64,000 nucleotides of DNA, taken from positions 72,106,001 to 72,170,000 of the forward strand of contig NC_043001.1 in assembly GCF_006345805.1 (NCBI RefSeq). Direction: 5' to 3'. The position numbers and the translations under genes were made by a program. Numbering within the stretch: the first letter of the stretch is position 1; each line of letters begins with the position of its first letter. The DNA comes from Octopus sinensis. Lineage: Eukaryota. Positions 61,962-64,000 of the stretch are shown here, one piece after another. The notes below the pieces were generated by a model. The model worked only from the letters and a program-made list of their open reading frames with translations, did not search any database and was not told where the DNA came from.

Positions 61962-63064
61962 CCCTAACCACTATAGGCCAAGCATTTTTATGTAAATATG
62001 TGTGTGTGTGTGTGTGTGGAGAGAGAGAGAATGGGAGAGTAATGGATGAATGGATGTAGAGTCTTATCTTTATGGTTTAGTCAGACAGTCAAATGGTGAC
62101 ATGCCATAGAACCTCCAAGTATGATGTTAGTGATACAATTCAGCTTCAACACCTGTGAGTTGCCAGTAGTGATATCTATATATCAGCCGATGTAGATAAT
62201 AAATGGTTGTAAACTTGTGGTGAACCAATTTTGCAAATTTTAATTTGTGACTCTCTCTCTCTCTCTGTATATATATATATATATATGTATATATGATGCG
62301 CACTCTTAACCTTTCTGTCCCCTCCCTTTCTCAGCCTTTATTCTTTGATTTCCTTTTCTTCCACTTAACTATCTCTCCCTCTCCCTCATTCTTCACTCTC
62401 TCTCTCTCTCCCTCTCTCTCATTCTTCATTCTTTCTGGTTTCCTCACAACCATTCCCCTTTCTTCTCTCCCTTTCTCTTACTCCTCCTCCTCCCTCCCGC
62501 CGTTAACCCGCGACGAGAGCCTTGCCACCTTCTTTCTCGCCTGACCTTCTTAAGGTGTGGACGGCAATTTTCTTTGCCCCCATCGCCATCCACAGATATA
62601 GCATTCGTAATACTTTTTTTCGTTCGGCTTAACAGCCCTTCTTGTCTTGTTATTTTCCTTGTCCTGTCTTTTACTGTTTATATTTTGTACTGTCGTTACT
62701 GTCCTGTTTTTGTTACCATTTTTACCCCTCTGCAAAAAGATCTCAAATTTTATTTGATTTGCTTTTCGCAGGAAGGAAAGTTTCTATCGAAGATATGTCT
62801 CGCCTTCACCTTCAAAACGTAGAGTAGATGAAACCATGGCGACTGTAGAAGGGTTTTTTTTCCTTGTGTTATTTGTCCTGTACTCTATTTTTTTGTTGTT
62901 TAAGAAAAATGTCCAGTTCCTTGGGTTTGTGTCTATGTTTTCGTTTCTCATTGTGTTTGATGTTTTTTTAGTGTCCTGTACTCATATATGCGTGTATATA
63001 TACATGTAGAGGTAGGTACGTACATATATGTATATATATATGCATATGTTTTATTTATTAATAA

Positions 63065-63101
<37 letters not shown>

Positions 63102-63443
63102 ATATCATTTTATTTATAATATATTTCCATAAATTTCATACTCAACCTATATAAAACCATACTAATATATTTCACTATTTATTCTATAATACAAGAAATA
63201 TGCTCTAAAATTATTAGCATATAGAAAATATATAAATTTTTAACATATTCCTTTAATTTAACTTATTAGTACCAAAAATTACTACTTAATAATTAACTAT
63301 AAATATATGTTAAGTTAGTATAGAAATATATATATATGGAATTATTTCTATATTCTTCACCCCTCTATTGTGTAAAATACTGAAATTATTCTGAAATTTT
63401 TTTGTGTGTGGGAAAAAAATTCTCTAAAATGTACCTATGTATA

Positions 63444-64000
63444 TGAGGGACGTTCAATAAGTAATGCCCCTGACCCATTTGCAGTTGTTTGATCTAGCTG
63501 AAATTTTGCATGTGCAATTATTTATATCTCTATAGATTAAGTGGCAAATTACAGCTCTGAACTAATTGTGGTTCCTGATTTACAGGTGTTTGAACTGAGT
63601 CAGGTGTGAAATGGAGCCTGTTGAGTGTCGAGCAGTGATCTGGTTTTTGTATTTGAAATGACGCACACCACAGGAGACTTTCGATGAAATGAAAGTAACT
63701 TACGGTGATGATGCCCCATCATATGACCTTGTAAAGCGCTGGCATCATGAATTCAAACATGGTCGGAACTCTGTGGAAACAGCTCCCGGATCTGGTCGCC
63801 CCCCCCCCTTTCTGCCATTGATGAGGCATCTGTCTGTCAAGTTGAAGCTGCCATTTTGGAAGATCGACGCATAACTATTCGCCAAATAGCCCATGAGGTC
63901 AAGATTAGTACCGGGTCTGTGGAAACTATCATTCATGACCATTTGCATATGCAAAAGGTGTCTGCCAGATGGATTCCCAGATTGCTCACACCTTTCCAGA
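63444..64000 (+). mobile_element. Mariner transposon 5' part, cut by the window end
   Basis: TA+TGAGGGACGTTCAATAAGTAATG terminus; MEPVECRAVI..YGDDAPSYDLVKRW..SGRP transposase N-terminus with a stop and a frameshift. Confidence 0.85.

Noticed and set aside
61029-64000. Final CCDC191 exon
   Set aside because: No phase-2 acceptor followed by the expected W..F...E..R.KV..ILPDF-like peptide was found; probably beyond the window

Overview
AT-rich, microsatellite-dense eukaryotic DNA. The repeat families suggest a cephalopod, most likely Octopus (inference). One protein-coding gene, a CCDC191 (KIAA1407) orthologue on the + strand, spans essentially the whole window. I could chain 17 GT-AG exons with consistent phases from position 1 to 61028; its start and last exon(s) lie outside the window or were not found. 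The introns are packed with mobile DNA: RTE LINE copies carrying a PHD-like finger, several tRNA-derived SINE families, Tc1/mariner elements of four catalytic types (DD36E, DD34E, DD37D, mariner), two non-autonomous Helitrons, MITEs (one hAT with a perfect 8-bp TSD), and Penelope-like inverted repeats with hammerhead-ribozyme motifs. At 35.3-41.3 kb an RLE-type LINE is interrupted by an internally deleted Gypsy element and a 5'-inverted RTE. The most notable items are the hammerhead motifs, several near-perfect long hairpins, a recent complex rearrangement inside a (TA)n tract, a twin-priming-like RTE, and a possible membrane-anchored read-through isoform at exon 10. All alignments and homology calls were made by eye or from memory. 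Repeat boundaries are approximate unless a TSD or TIR is quoted. No clearly new biological system is demonstrated.
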